A stretch of DNA of 64,000 nucleotides from Hormiphora californensis (lineage: Eukaryota; Animalia; Ctenophora): contig CM035350.1 of NCBI GenBank assembly GCA_020137815.1, positions 7,626,001 to 7,690,000 of the forward strand. The letters run 5' to 3'. The notes below the pieces were generated by a model. It had not been told where the DNA came from and made no database searches. It saw nothing but the letters and a program-made list of their open reading frames with translations. How positions within the stretch are numbered: the stretch's first letter is position 1; each line of letters begins with the position of its first letter. Shown here piece after piece: positions 22,811 to 39,348 of this stretch. The translations under genes and the position numbers were made by a program.

Positions 22811-23060
22811 GATGTGTGTGCGAGAGATTTCTATCTTGGGTTTTACTCACTGTTGCTTCGCTTGCACTGCGTATCAGGCATGGCACACAAAGAGTCACGG
22901 TTCGGGTCTGCGCGCGGCCGCCGAACAACTTTTTTGTGTGGTAATGCTCTATTGTGCGCACTCGTTTCACGGGCGTCCTGTACTTGATTTCACCAGAAAT
23001 TACGTCACCCTCAGATTCCGTGTCCCATCACATGACTCTACCCTTTTTTAACTAGCCATC

Positions 23061-24411
23061 ATGGTCGCGAAGAAGGACGATGGTTCTCTATCTTATATCG
23101 ACCGAGTCAAGAAGGAGCTTGGTCGCTCTAGGGTCAAGGAGTTCTCTGCCCACAGCACAAAGGCCCATTGTGTAGCTTGGAACTGTACTGGAAAATACCT
23201 TGCAACAGGTATAATCAAATAAATTATAACTTTTATTTTCTGTGTTTTGCTCTTTGCTAGTTTACTAACCCTCCCTGTCCCTCTAGGTTCACTGGACAAG
23301 ACTTCTTCAATCCAGAGCTTTAAGGAGGAGCGTTTAAGCAGGGAGTTTAGTTTAAAGGGACACGAAGATGATATACAGCAGGTGGGGTGGCACCCCAGCG
23401 ACCCTAACATTCTTAGTACCGTGTCGGCTGATAAAACACTTCGGATATGGGATATTCGTACACCGCAGGTAACTCACAATGGTGGACCCATACACACTGG
23501 TAGATAGTTCTTCTGTGTATGAACAAACCCTCGGCAGCCGGCCCTCATTCGAATAAGGGAGGCCACGTTACCATTAGCAATATGAAGGTTGTTTTTTAAC
23601 ACCAATACTCCATCCCCTAGAAAACTGTAGCATGTATCTCGACTAAAGGGGAGGTGATCAATATGACATGGAGGGGTGATGGAAATACTATTGCACTGGG
23701 AAACAAAGATGACATAGTGGCGTTCGTGGACTATAAAACCCACAAAGTTGTTTCTGAGAAACAGGCTGATTTTGAGGTCAATGAGATAGCATGGAGTGCA
23801 GATGAGAGACACTTCTTCATGAGTTCAGGTATGTGGTAGCACACTGTGGGACTGATTTACTTTTAGAGCTATCAATCTTTTTGGGGTTTACAATTGTATA
23901 TATTCCATTTCATTAGGAACACTACTGCTGACCATTATATATCCGTGTTTCAGGTAATGGTTCGGTGCACATCTGTGACTACCCCTCTCTAGAGCCAGTC
24001 TTCCAACTCCCCGCTCACACGGCCCAGTGTATCTGCCTCAAGTTTACACCCGATCGGCGGTACTTTGCTACCGGGGGTGCGGACGCCCTGATAAACATAT
24101 TTGACAGTAGTGAATTAGCGTGTGTTAACTCTTACTCACGACTCGAGTGGCCTGTAAGGACATTGTCCTTTAACCACGATGGACGTCTTCTGGCCTCCGG
24201 TTCAGAGGACCTGGTTATCGATATAGCGTATGTAGCGACTGGGGAGAAGGTAGCGACTATCCCATGCAATGCCTTCCCGTTCTGTGTTGCATGGCATCCA
24301 TCAGAGAACCTGCTGGCCTTCGTGACCGATGACAAGAAACACGGGGGAGACAAGCACTCCAGAGAATCAGAGAAGTCATCATCAGGGTGTGTGAAACTCT
24401 TTGGACTGTGA
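23061..24411 (+). CDS. THOC3: THO complex subunit 3 (Tex1, WD40), 4 exons
   Basis: EFSAHSTKAHCVAWNCTG, RLEWPVRTLSFNHDG and LASGSEDLVIDIA; exons 23061-23208, 23287-23468, 23621-23828 and 23954-24411. Confidence 0.92.
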
Positions 24412-24592
24412 GAGGTGTTGTCCTATTATTGTGTGACAAGCGGACTCTGTTTTTAACGAGATCTAGATATTCATTTTATTTATGATTGTTCAGTTTTATA
24501 TAACATTTCTCTCCCCCATCTCTCCCTCAATAATTCTCTAGTATCCCAATTTTGTTCCGACCCTACTGACCCCACCCTCCTCATAACATAGG

Positions 24593-25622
24593 ATGTACTC
24601 AGACCTAATAAATGCGGCGTCCCCGCTCCTCCTTCTCTTCATGACAGAAGAGTGTATCAAGAGCGTCTTCCTCGATTTCAACCTCCTCGATTTCCCATGC
24701 CTGAAAATGGCCCTAAGCAAGGGTCTAGGGTATGCCATTGTAATGGGATCTGTCCTGGTGAAGTTTCCACAGATTCTCAAGATATACGGGAGCGGGTCCG
24801 TAGTTGGACTTGCACTGAGTACCTTTCTTCTGGAGACCTTTTGTGCCATGGTCAGTTGTCAACTGAGTTGTGATTGAATTGAGAGATAACGCAACCCCGA
24901 TTTAATGATCCGAACACATCCTAAAACTAGGATCATCTTTATTCCTTATTACCCCCCCCCCCCTTCAGATAAATGTGGGGTACAACTACGCTCAGCAGTT
25001 TCCCTTCAGCACCTGGGGAGAGAACTTCTTCATCCTCATCCAGCTGATAATAATCCTCATCCAGCTCTTCTACTACAGTGATCGGACCATCCTGGCCCTG
25101 CTCTGCCCCCTTGTCATCCCCGCTCTCTCCCTGGGTATTTCCAAACTACCTACTGAACACCTTGCTATTGGCCTCACTGCTGCCATCCCACTGCTAGCTC
25201 TCAGCAAGGTATGGAAACACATGATTATCTCATCATTTTCTTACAGACATCCCTAAATCCAAATATCTTTTTGTTTTGTTCAAACGCGGGGAAGGAGGGT
25301 CGAACAAGGCAAATATCTTTTAGATTCTAAATTAATTAAAAATTTTCTATTCTTAATTAATTAATTTATATTTCCCCTGCAGCTGATGCAGATCAAGGCA
25401 AACTTCCAGAACGGCCACACGGGCCAGCTATCTTTTGTGACCTCCCTGATGAACGTCCTGGGCACACTAGCTCGCCTCTTTACTGTTGTGCAGGAGGTAG
25501 AAGACAAGATTATCCTGATGAATGCCGGCACTGTGTTTGTTCTCAACTTTATCATTATTGCCCAGTTTGTAATTTACTGGAATGTCACCCCTCCCACTGC
25601 TGCTGAAAAGAAAACACAGTAG
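24593..25622 (+). CDS. MPDU1: Mannose-P-dolichol utilization defect 1 (PQ-loop), 3 exons
   Basis: CLKMALSKGLGYAIVMGSVLVKFPQILKI, FPFSTWGE and NGHTGQLS; exons 24593-24850, 24969-25208 and 25383-25622. Confidence 0.93.
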
Positions 25623-25675
25623 AACGGGTGTCTGTGTGTTTGTAAGTATGTATCCAATCATATCATACTGTAATG

Positions 25676-26525
25676 CCCAGTGCCCCGATTTTCAAAATCT
25701 TCAAAAAATAGGACGTATAATTTTCCATATTGCTTCCTTAAAATCGTGAAATTGCTTCCTACCCGGCGATTCGTATAATCCGATTGATGTTGTTAGACCA
25801 CGGACCACCAAACTGGGGTCCTATTTCAGGCAAATTTTTATGCACTTTCACATTATACAGTTAATGTACTGTGGAAGCAATGCCGGCAGCAATAATATTT
25901 TTAGTATTTGAAAGCGTCCTCCGCCCTAAATATGCATGATTCCTGCTTTAAAACTGCAATTCTTCATACCCCATAAGTATTTAGAACAAGTATATGACAT
26001 AAAAAAAATTAAATAATTTTTCAAAATTGAGGAAATCCATTGCTTCCTCCATGACCGGCTTTAAGCCATAAATCGACTCTAGCGGTCCTCGTACCGGTTC
26101 ATTCCAGTAGGGTATGATATCTGGGCAACCACACTAGTAATATTTAACTGTGCAAAGAAAAAAATCGTGTCAAATGATCGATTTAAACCGTATTTTGGTA
26201 GGAAGCAACGAGGAAGCAACGCTATTTGTCTTATTTGCCCCATATTTGCACACATTTTGCTGCCGCTGTTGCTGCCGCTGATTGGACACGTACGAAGTTG
26301 TGTAATGCGATCTCCTCGCTGTGCGGCTTCTCAATACAGTATTACTGCTGTCTTATTCGTTATTAAAGAGTCTTCAGTTTGAAAATTTTTAGGAGGCGCT
26401 CAATTGCTCCTTCGGGAGCAATTTATCACCAATTGATTTTTAGTTGAAATTGCTTCCTTGTGTCAAGATTGCTTCCAAATAAGCACTATTAACCTTTTGG
26501 GTATTTGCAAGATCGGGGCACTGGG
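25676..26525. mobile_element. Non-autonomous DNA transposon with 14-bp TIRs and 8-bp TSD (superfamily uncertain)
   Basis: TIR CCCAGTGCCCCGAT; TSD CTGTAATG at 25668-25675 and 26526-26533; internal TTGCTTCC subrepeats. Confidence 0.85.
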
Positions 26526-26660
26526 CTGTAATGTATTGTATTTTTTGTTGATATAATATATTCATCTCAGGTTTTGATAAGGTCAATGTAGTTTAATGGT
26601 TGTTTTATTGTCGATAACACCCCACTTTATCTAACCCTCCAACTATTCCGATCTAGCACA

Positions 26661-27926
26661 ATGTTGGAGCTACTACAAGACGACGATGTCCCCTCTCCGG
26701 GGTATTCTATAACCATAGAGAACCAATCATCTATGCCATCATCCCCAGCATCTCTCCCCTGCTCCATCAAGTCATCCCAATCCTCCTCCCAGATCTCAGT
26801 TGGATGTCCTCTACCCCCGGACACCTTTGTGGACGCCCTGCTAGGCACCAAGGCACCCATTCCCCGGGACCCACTACCCAGCCCAGCTGTGTTCGCCTAC
26901 CAGTGCGTGTTGTGCTACAAACACTTCTCCAAACTGTGGGTGTTGAACAAACACTACGAAGTAGCTCACGCCAACACCCGCCTGGTGCCCTGCAAATGTG
27001 GGAGAAGGGAGCGACACACGTGTTTTACCTGCGAGCGGTGTGATAAGGTGTTTCCCAGCAAGGCCCAGCTCCTCGATCACACCCAAACATCACACCCCAC
27101 TAATAACCAGTGGACGTGTAAACTATGCAAGGATACCTTCCCCTCTCAACAGCTCCATACCCGCCATTTTGTGGAGTGCAAGTCAGGTAAACTGAACAGG
27201 GCCACTCCCGGTACCCCGGAGCAGACAACCACGACAACTAACTGTGCCACCTGCGGGGAGAGGTTCCGGAGTAGGGCCATGATTGTAGCTCACACCTTCA
27301 ACCAGTCCCTGTTGTCACACAGTTGTGATGTTTGCAAGAAGATCTTCTGTAAGTTGACCGAGTTGTTCATACACGTGGCAAATGCCCACCCCGGTAGAAG
27401 AGTGTACACGTGCGGGCTGTGCGGGGAGGAACAGAAAAACCATCGGAATCTCTCCTATCACATCATTGATATACACGAGGGGAACCCGAATAATAATGAC
27501 GTTGGGTGTGAGAGGGTGGAGAGGGCGAGGTATTGTAAAGGAGGGAAGGCACGGTACAATCGGAAGATGGAGCTGAAGAGGAAGAAATGGAAGAACCCGT
27601 GGGATCTGCAGTGGAGCAATGCTTATCTCAAGAAGGATAAACCTGGTGCAACCCGGAGTAGGATGAGTGTCCGGATTAACGAGAGAGAGTGTGAGGATCT
27701 CCCTACCATGCTGAATAACAACAAGGAGAATGAGGAAATTCCACCGTTTGTGGGGGAAAATGTGGATATCCAGCAGGTTGATACTACATGTAATGAGGGG
27801 GTTGTTGGAGAGAATGTCGACATTCGACAGGAAGGAGAGGAGGTTCAGATTGTGGGGGAGGAGGACTCGTGTTTTGTTGCTGAAGAGGTAGTTAATATTA
27901 CACCACAAGCTCAAAGTGGTAGCTAG
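26661..27926 (+). CDS. C2H2 zinc-finger protein (about six fingers), single exon
   Basis: Repeated CxxC-x12-Hx3-4H/C units in a 421-aa ORF. Confidence 0.85.
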   Translation: MLELLQDDDVPSPGYSITIENQSSMPSSPASLPCSIKSSQSSSQISVGCPLPPDTFVDALLGTKAPIPRDPLPSPAVFAYQCVLCYKHFSKLWVLNKHYEVAHANTRLVPCKCGRRERHTCFTCERCDKVFPSKAQLLDHTQTSHPTNNQWTCKLCKDTFPSQQLHTRHFVECKSGKLNRATPGTPEQTTTTTNCATCGERFRSRAMIVAHTFNQSLLSHSCDVCKKIFCKLTELFIHVANAHPGRRVYTCGLCGEEQKNHRNLSYHIIDIHEGNPNNNDVGCERVERARYCKGGKARYNRKMELKRKKWKNPWDLQWSNAYLKKDKPGATRSRMSVRINERECEDLPTMLNNNKENEEIPPFVGENVDIQQVDTTCNEGVVGENVDIRQEGEEVQIVGEEDSCFVAEEVVNITPQAQSGS

Positions 27927-28213
27927 GACATACAGCGAGGAACCCTTTTTATCTTTATTTTGAAACCTAATTTATTTATGTAACTTTTTTAACTGTGTGA
28001 GTGTGTGTGAGAGAGAGCGATACACTATGCTAAACTGATTTAGAGTGAGTATATTAGCTGCCTTTGAATGTTTATCATATCAAATGTCTTCATTTTAGAG
28101 CCCAAAATTTCCCTATTTTCAATCTTCCTAATCATTCTCCGATATTCCGCCGCAATCTCTTCTAAAAATGTCCCGCAACCCTCTTCTAATATACCATCTC
28201 GTCTTGTAGCTAG

Positions 28214-31214
<3,001 letters not shown>

Positions 31215-31492
31215 TATGTCGCTGCTGGGTCGATATACGAGTAGTGCAGAGAGAGAGAGGAAAGGGTAAGATATGACTAATGGTGTACATTTTGTGTGGT
31301 AATAGGGACATTCAGAGACAATTATACTTCTCTCTATTTTGGTTTGTTATTTGTATTAAATCTGATGACGGTAGTAGTGTTGTTTACATTAACACATGTA
31401 CAACACTCACACTCTCGTCGGACGGTTAAAATAAGTTACAGCTATGTAAAAATCGTTGCCATGGTTACCACGATATAAAAAAACTCTCCAGC

Positions 31493-32215
31493 TCACACAG
31501 CCGTTTCTCCCGACGTGTCCGTGGTACCTGATTCCCCTACACACCCCTTGCAGAGACCACAGCAGGCGATCATGACTATTAACACTATTAACAATAACAC
31601 TACCCCAATAATAACTGCTACCACTATAACCCAATCGTAGCCACTGTCCGTCGCTGCCTCCTGTACTGGTATCAGAACTGTGTTCGCAGTGGCCTTTTCG
31701 GCGGGCCCGAACACAAGGGGAGTCGTGTCTGTACTCTGGGCGACCGCCATGACAGCGAAGTATGGACCCATTGTCATGCTTCCCGTGGCTTGGTCCGTGT
31801 AGAGGGTAGATAGGAAGGTGATGGTGAGGGTATTATTGACTTGCAACTTCGCAATGTTACAACTGAAGGGCTCACAGTTTTCTGTGTTCGAACCACAGTC
31901 CATATTCATAACCTGATCAGTTTTCACAGTTGTATCAACTTCCTCCCGTTCCCCATCCGCTGACCGTCTGCCCCGTGCTGCCACCTTTCCAGTTCGTTTG
32001 GAGGGAGGTGTGGCGATCTTGCTTGGTTGCTCAGATGTACCCTCCTCAACGTTGAAATTGGCATTGAAGGTACACTCCACTAGATCTGAACTTGCCTCGT
32101 AGGATCTGAGGTCCAGGAATCTGTTCTTAGTGGAGGGTGTGAAGAGAGGCCAATATCCCATAATCTCCACGCTGTCGTATCCGTGTTGGGCTGAACTGTG
32201 CTCGCTAACCGATAT
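31493..32215 (-). CDS. Alternative terminal exon of the integrin alpha (calf-2, TM and non-GFFKR tail)
   Basis: Pyrimidine-rich CAG acceptor at 32216-32218, phase 0, open to stop; homologous to exon 33516-32890 (WPL, basic furin-like site, C..C..C, TM). Confidence 0.8.
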   Translation of the reverse strand: MSVSEHSSAQHGYDSVEIMGYWPLFTPSTKNRFLDLRSYEASSDLVECTFNANFNVEEGTSEQPSKIATPPSKRTGKVAARGRRSADGEREEVDTTVKTDQVMNMDCGSNTENCEPFSCNIAKLQVNNTLTITFLSTLYTDQATGSMTMGPYFAVMAVAQSTDTTPLVFGPAEKATANTVLIPVQEAATDSGYDWVIVVAVIIGVVLLLIVLIVMIACCGLCKGCVGESGTTDTSGETAV

Positions 32216-32889
32216 CTGAGAGAGAGAGAAGAGTTAGAATTTGTCGTGAATGAGACCAAAAGTGGAGTATTTTGAGCTGTGACAGAATCACTGATTTGTT
32301 GTTTATGATCCGGTGAGAGAGAAAGTTCTGTGAATCATTGTGAGAGAGCTACACCAGTGTTAGATGGGTCATTGCATATTATTCAGCGGTTTCCTCCCAT
32401 TACCCCTAGAAGTCGCCGGAAGGAGAGGGGCTATAATGTGTGTGTGATTATGTGTGTTTTGTATTGGAGAGAAGAAGGGGAGGAGGAGGTCAATGTATGG
32501 GTGTGATGATGGGTGTGATCGAAAAGTTACTGTGTACTTTTTACGATTGCATTATTGTAATTTATGTGCCAGAAATAGAGATTTGAGAAAGAGAGAGAGA
32601 CAGGAAAACAGAGAGGTAGAAAGAAAGGAAAAGAGAGATCTGGAAGATCTAACAAAGAGAGGGCGCAACAAGGAAATACCTCGGTGAATTTAACAAAATC
32701 AAAGAGATCACAGATGACACACAAACACGAGAAAATACCGCTGAGATCTTGCTAAACTTCTCAGGCACACACACTTTATCTTCGTCATTTATTATGGCGG
32801 GAAGGAGTAGTATAAAAAATAAAAATCAAATATTCACAGATAGATATAACACACTTAATTATACGCACACAGCTGCTGTCCTAATATTT

Positions 32890-35800
32890 CTATCCCTCTT
32901 CTTCTACTTTCTCCGCCATGACTGGAGGTGGTGCCTTTCTCTTGAAGAAGCCACACTTCCACAGAATGATAATGAGGAGAATCAGCAGGAAGATACCCGC
33001 AATAATAGATCCAATGATGATCCACAGATAGTTCCTCCTAGTGGCACTGCTCGGGTAGAACTGAGACTTCATAGCGCTCTTTCCCTCCGGTCCAAATACC
33101 ATATCCTGCTGTTTCACACTCTCTATCTCCACATAACTTGTCACGTTTACATTCCCCTTGTTGTACAGGGAACTCTCCCATAATCGTGCCATAAACTTGA
33201 ACTTGATGATGGTTCCCCGCTCTAACTTATCAATCTCGCAGCGGAACTGAGCACACTCCGTATTATCATCATCTCCACAATTTACCGGAGGTAGGTCCTT
33301 GTACTCGGCGCTCCTCCGCTCCCTGACCTCGTTCTTTAGACCCTTGTAGTTGACATATTCGCCCCCAAAACATCGGGAATTCCCCACAACTGGGTCCTCG
33401 ATGGCAATCTGGGTAAGGTAGAGCAGGGTGTCATCCTCGTTCAGTTTGAGAGGCCATCTGACGAGTAGCTTTACTTCATCGAATCGGTCTTCAATGGCAC
33501 TATCGGATACCTGAACCTGTAGATATGAGCTCTCTGTTAGCTTTGATATAGGTCCAGTGTGTCAGTCTCTTTAGCCATCAGTGAGTCTGTTGGTCTGTCC
33601 AGTCGTTGTATATTCATCACAGATGATATAAGAAGGTCAGGTCTTGTTGGTCAGTCTGTTTGGCTTCGTCGGTAAAACAGTTGGTCTCCAGTTAGTCTGT
33701 CTGTGTCTCACAGCAAAACAACACCAGATTTAGTCACAACAAAACACAAAACAGCACTAGTTCTTACCTCAAGTTCATGGCGGACATCAGGGCCAATATC
33801 TTTAGTATTCCGGGCCGCAACCACGGGCACATCGTTGCTGTAGGGCTGTCTCTCTCGGAGGGGTCGGCCATTCAGATCAATACCAGCCGGATACCCAACC
33901 TTGATGGATACACTCCTCTCATTGTCTCCCATTAGGGTACCTGGAGGGGGGTTGTTGATTATACTAGGTCGTTCCAGAAATAACTTCGTGTCGAGATATC
34001 TTGGGATCTATGGGAGATAGAGACTTCTACCTAGTTTTATCTTGTTCATTGGCCGATTCTCTTTCTAGAAACGTGTTCTGAATAATATACGGCAATCTGA
34101 AGTGCCCAGAATTTGGTGATGTGATACCGGAAGTCATTCTGCCGCTGAACGGGGTTCCCAGAGTTTTTCAAACGCCGCTGGAAAAGAGCTGGTACAGATT
34201 TTTGACTTTCTATGGTGGTAAATCGATAGCCCATTGCCTAAGGATAAGATATATATATGCGATTTGGGTCTCGACGCGTTGACTAAAAACCTCTAGGACA
34301 GTAAATGTAACATGAAAACTTGAAAAATTGCCAAATTTGACCTCAATTTTTGACCTGTTTTGAGGGTATGTACAAAAAAAGCCATTAACCCCCTTTTATA
34401 TGTCAACAAATCAAATAATTGGATTCACTAAGGCATAGAACTTACTTAGAACTATCTTTTACTGCAAAGTTTTTGATTATAAGCCACTCCTATAAAGCCT
34501 GAAGGGACCCGGAAGTGAAATTTTATAATTTTTACCAAACTTTTTTGGAGGCCCATTGCTCAGCCGAGAATAAAGCTACGATCTTCTATTACATCTTAAA
34601 CGAAAGATAATTGTCTAATGAACCAGCTTGATGCAACAAAACATCCCACAGATGCAATTTTTAAGAAGTACAGCAGTTTCAGCACTATGCGCGTTTTTCC
34701 CGTTCAGCGGCAGTTTGAGTTAAATTTGTTTCCGGGTTCGCTGAGAGCCACCCCTGATAAAAAATTTCAAAATGATTACTGTTGTGAGTAGCCAAGAGTT
34801 CAAATAACACACTACAAAAGGTTATTTGTGAATATCTTCAATATTTCTTGAAAATATCGGGACACGAAATTATTTCTGGAACGCCCTAATATCTGTTTCA
34901 CCTGATAACTGTGACAAATCTTTAGATCCAGGGGGTTGCCATGGTGACTACTGGTAACCATGATAACGCCCTCAATTCCAGGGAGGTGTAAGACTTACTG
35001 AGTTCTTCACTAGGTTCCTGTACATAAGTTTTGAAGTTGAAATCTAGCTTCTTCTGACTCAGGTCCTCTATGTTGGTGGTGATGACAGAGATACCAAAGA
35101 TCTCAGAGTTGCTAACATTCAGTTTGCTAGACAGGGAGCAGATGACCTTGTTAATCAGATCGGCTCCCTCCTCTGTGATGCACTTGATGTGACTGACGTC
35201 ATCCTCTGTCTGGTCTCCTATTGGCTGTCTTCGGTTGAAGATGATGTTACGTGGCAGCTCGAAGGACAGCTCTGACAGGAAGGCAATGTCTTCACCTTTG
35301 TTCGTTACCTGAAGAATGAAGAAGTAGTTGTTATATAGGCCATGTAGTAGTTGTATCTAAAAGGAGAGGTATGGAACAAATTGCTAGTGTGATATTACTT
35401 ACGTTTATATGGAAGAGTATGTACTCAGTCCTCCCGATAGCAATGTCATCATACCCTTTGGGACTGATAGTATACTCGACAGGTGCCAGGACCAGATCAG
35501 CCTGACAGATGCCCGATTTGTTGTCACAACCACTCTTCATTACCACCCTGTCCTCAGCATCATCTATCATCTTCTTGTTGAGTGTGACCCTCTGACTAAA
35601 CGTCTCGCTCTCCTCAACATCGGCCTCCAGCTTGAAATACACGTGCCGGTAATCATAGATATCAGCGTTGAAGTATGCCTTGAAGGTGCCCGTGCAAATC
35701 TCTTGTTTATCAAGAGGGACCTCCGTACTCCCGGACAGAGACTGGGATTTGGCCGCCTCTCGGCTCTCCTTGAAGTACATCCTGAAGCCCTTGGGGTTCT

Positions 35801-36473
35801 TGTAGTCGGATGTGATGGTGTAGTTCACCATGATACTCTGTTCCCCCGCATTATTAACACCCTTCTCGTATGTAAAACAAATCTTGACATCCACAGCCAC
35901 CGCCTCGTAGGATGGATTATCTGGAACGTCTACCTTGAGAGGGTTACTGGTGGTGGCATTGGTATCCACTGGTGTATCAGGGGTGAACTTTATATTCACC
36001 TTGAGATCAATAATGGGTAGGGATCTCAGGTACACCACGTGGCCCTTACCCGACCCAATCAGGACATCTGGGTAGCCATTGCTATCCATATCAACACCCC
36101 CATCAATAGTCCACCCAAAGTTGTAGAGACCGGAAGTGCTGACACCCAGGTCAGCAGGTCTGATGGTCTGACTACTCTCGGTGTCGAGGCCCCCGCTGGA
36201 GCCCAGGTAAAGGAAGACAGCTCCGTTCTGGTTGTAGGGAGATCCCACCATGACATCATCGAACCCGTCATCATTGATGTCCCCTACCACCCGGATACTC
36301 TTGCCAAATTGGGTATTGGACTCCACTTGGCCCTCTAGGATGGTACCGGGTGTATCAGAGAGGTGGTTCTCCCTGCTTCCGTAGTACACATACACTCGTC
36401 CGGTGGACTGGATGCGTGCTTGGCCTGGGACAGGAAGAGTCAGTTAAATATTGAGAGAGCGAGAGAGAGAGGG

Positions 36474-36562
<89 letters not shown>

Positions 36563-37822
36563 AGAAAGATAAAGAAAGATAGTGAGAGAGAGAGAGAGAA
36601 AGATAGTGAGAGAGAGAAAGATAGTGAGAGAGAGAATGAATTATAAAATGGTACACATGCAAAGCACACACACAGCGAGTTTATGCGCTTGCAAGGTCTA
36701 ATTTAACATTGCACACACTGGACAGAGAAAGAAAAAGTAATTTAATAATTTCCCACCTGAGGTGTCTTTTGAGTAGTAAGGAGCCCCAACTATGACGTCA
36801 TCAAATCCATCATTATTGACATCTCCACAGTCAACACTGTACCCAAAGTACTCTCCTATCTGGTTCCCCATGATCTTCTTCTGGAGGTTCTGGACTCCCC
36901 CTGTAACAGTCAGCACATAGATACTCCCCCTATAAGCATCTGATTTGGGAGCACTAGCGATGACATCCTCTATACCGTCCTTGTTAACGTCACATAGAGC
37001 GGTTCCGTATCCGATGTAGTAGGGGAGATCCCCGTCCTGGGGGCTGGAGGAGATGGTATCCCTTTCATAGCTCTCTGCCAGATAAGCACGGCCGTTACTA
37101 GTTGAGGCACCTGGACCCCCCATGAGGAGGGAATCCTCGGAGACACTGAGACTCATCCCTGCCAGACAGGAGGAGTGCTCATATCCCGTGGTCTTGGTGT
37201 AACACGGCTGGAACTCCGTTACTTGTTCACTCAGATCGGCCGAGACCACGGAACACTTCCCAATGGGTGGAGTATCGTACGTGGCGGGTCCTGAAGAGCT
37301 GAATTTCCACGTCATCTGGACGTACTTGTGGGCACAAGCCACGGCAAACTCCCCACCGGATCTCAGTGTTACACCCAACCACTGGTCTGTCTTGTTCTCC
37401 TGCTGATAGCCCCTGCCGTTATAGTTGAAGTAGGTACCGGTGATGGGGTCGATTTCCGCATTTCCTTCTTCGTCTATATCAAGGAACTTATTGCCCGTCC
37501 TGTCGAAGGAACGGACCTGGTTGTTACATATGGTGGTTGCTACGGGCGTCTCCAGGGACGCGGGTATGTCACATTGGTACACAGCACCTCCACTCTCCAC
37601 CTCGCTCTGCAAGGTACGGGCTGTAGGTGCTCCAACCAAGAGCGTCTTCAGGTCATCAGATTTATGAAGGGCTACAGAGAACCCAAAACGCTCCCCGCCG
37701 TTACCCCTCACCACGTAGGGCGTTTTTGTGTCAATGTTAAAAGCATTTCCGATGCAGAACAGCAGGGAGAGGACAAGGAAGATCCCCCTGCCGCTGGTCC
37801 TCGCTGGTTTTAACAAGGTCAT
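32890..37822 (-). CDS. Integrin alpha chain (no I-domain), 5 exons
   Basis: Signal peptide then FNID, FG-GAP repeats, DxNxDGxxD Ca sites, TM then WKCGFFKR; exons 37822-36757, 36424-35403, 35308-34999, 33940-33768 and 33516-32890. Confidence 0.95.
33965..34888. mobile_element. Non-autonomous TIR element in integrin intron 3
   Basis: TAGGTCGTTCCAGAAATAACTTCGTGTC is inverted at about 34861-34888. Confidence 0.75.
36453..36636. repeat. (AG)n-rich microsatellite in integrin intron 1
   Basis: Direct repeat run. Confidence 0.95.
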
Positions 37823-39088
37823 TCACAATCCTCGATGTTGGTGCATTTTCTGCACACACACTGAACAAGAAAAAAGGGAGAGAGAGAGATGGCTAATAAA
37901 AGTTTCAGTCCGCGGCGCTGCTGCAGTGTGTGTGTGTGTCACGTGGGCCTGTGTAACTGTCTTTGATTGGTCGACCGGGGAGTCACTTTCTCTGTAATTG
38001 AGAGAGAGAGAGAGAAGAGAGCTTGTATTGAATTAATAGAACAGGAAAACCACCTGAGCAGTTTACAGAGCTGTATGTAGAGGAGAACCTTGCTAAAATG
38101 TACCTATAACAAATATTAATATTATATTAGTGAGATATAAACAAGGGGATATCTTTGGGATAATTATACAAAACGACAAGGGAGGCCACATACTGCATAT
38201 GGTATGTGAGGGAGTCTATATAAATATAGCCTTCATTTCCGGGTCAGGAAAAGAGAGATAGAGAGGGGAGAACACAACACAGTATCGGCAATATAGTAGC
38301 TAGTATGTGTGTACACATGCATGCCGAGTACAATGCAGGGCGGAAGTGTGGTGCTGTTCCTCCTGTCCTCCAGACTCTCTCTCTATACATGCAGTCAGAT
38401 GACCACAGAGCGAGGTCTAATAATAGAGACAAACAGAGACATTAAAGGGCTGAGAAACAGAGCACTAATGTAACTGATGGTTGCCAGCATAGCACGTAAA
38501 CTGATATCTTGATCTTAATCCCTATAATATGTATTTGCCCCAAGTCATAACACATATCATACCAACTGACACTACCACAAAACCACAACTGACCATGCAA
38601 TGTGATATATCTGGGCTGATTAAATATTCCATTGCCATGGAGCTATAACTCTTTGGAGAGTGACAATTGACATAGTACTGACATTGCCAAAAGAAGGGAG
38701 AGCAATTCTGCAGCAAAGCACACAAGGAGGAACTGCATTTTGTATAACAGAGCGACCTTGCTATACGATGACTCAGTGCAAGTGAACGCGGAAGTGCGGA
38801 CAGGTTATTAATTGCCTGCAACTATTCAACATGTGTGTCTGTTTGTTTTGAGTGTACTGTACAAGCCACTGTATCTACAGTTACTGGGTGTTACAATTCT
38901 ATACATATGCATACACGCACGGATGTTAACTGTCACCTTCTTGTTCTTACTCAACAAGTCAAACCAATGCCACTGTGTTTTTATGTGGCCATATGGGGCG
39001 TGGGCAGTTACACAGTACAACAACACATACAACTGCAATTTGCAAACACATTTCGCTTCAAGTGCATTTTCCATTCCTCACCACTGAC

Positions 39089-39348
39089 CACTCTAAGTCT
39101 ACTCGTCTTTCAATAAGAGTCTCTTTCGCGTTCCCAGTGATCTGTCCCAAAACCCAAGGTCAGGCCGTAAAACAGCTGTATGATGTATTGGTGTATCATG
39201 ATGCAGTCAGCAGCTGTTGCACGGCCTGACCTTGGGCACGTCGCGCCCCTCATGTTCGAGCGCCCGTAGGCAAGGCCTGACCTTGGGTTTTGGGACAGAC
39301 TGGGAACGATAACGAGACTCTCTTTGAAAGACGAGTAGACTTAGAGTG
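39089..39348. mobile_element. Palindromic MITE-like element with CAC..GTG termini
   Basis: CACTCTAAGTCTACTCGTCTTTCAA is inverted at the right end; internal CCCAAGGTCAGGCC repeats. Confidence 0.7.

Noticed and set aside
27315-27914. 199-aa antisense ORF, and similar shadow ORFs over the LINE, integrin and GSTCD
   Set aside because: They lie opposite well-supported genes and have no recognisable motifs.
38000-39080. Short ORFs upstream of the integrin
   Set aside because: No recognisable protein motifs or consistent splice structure.
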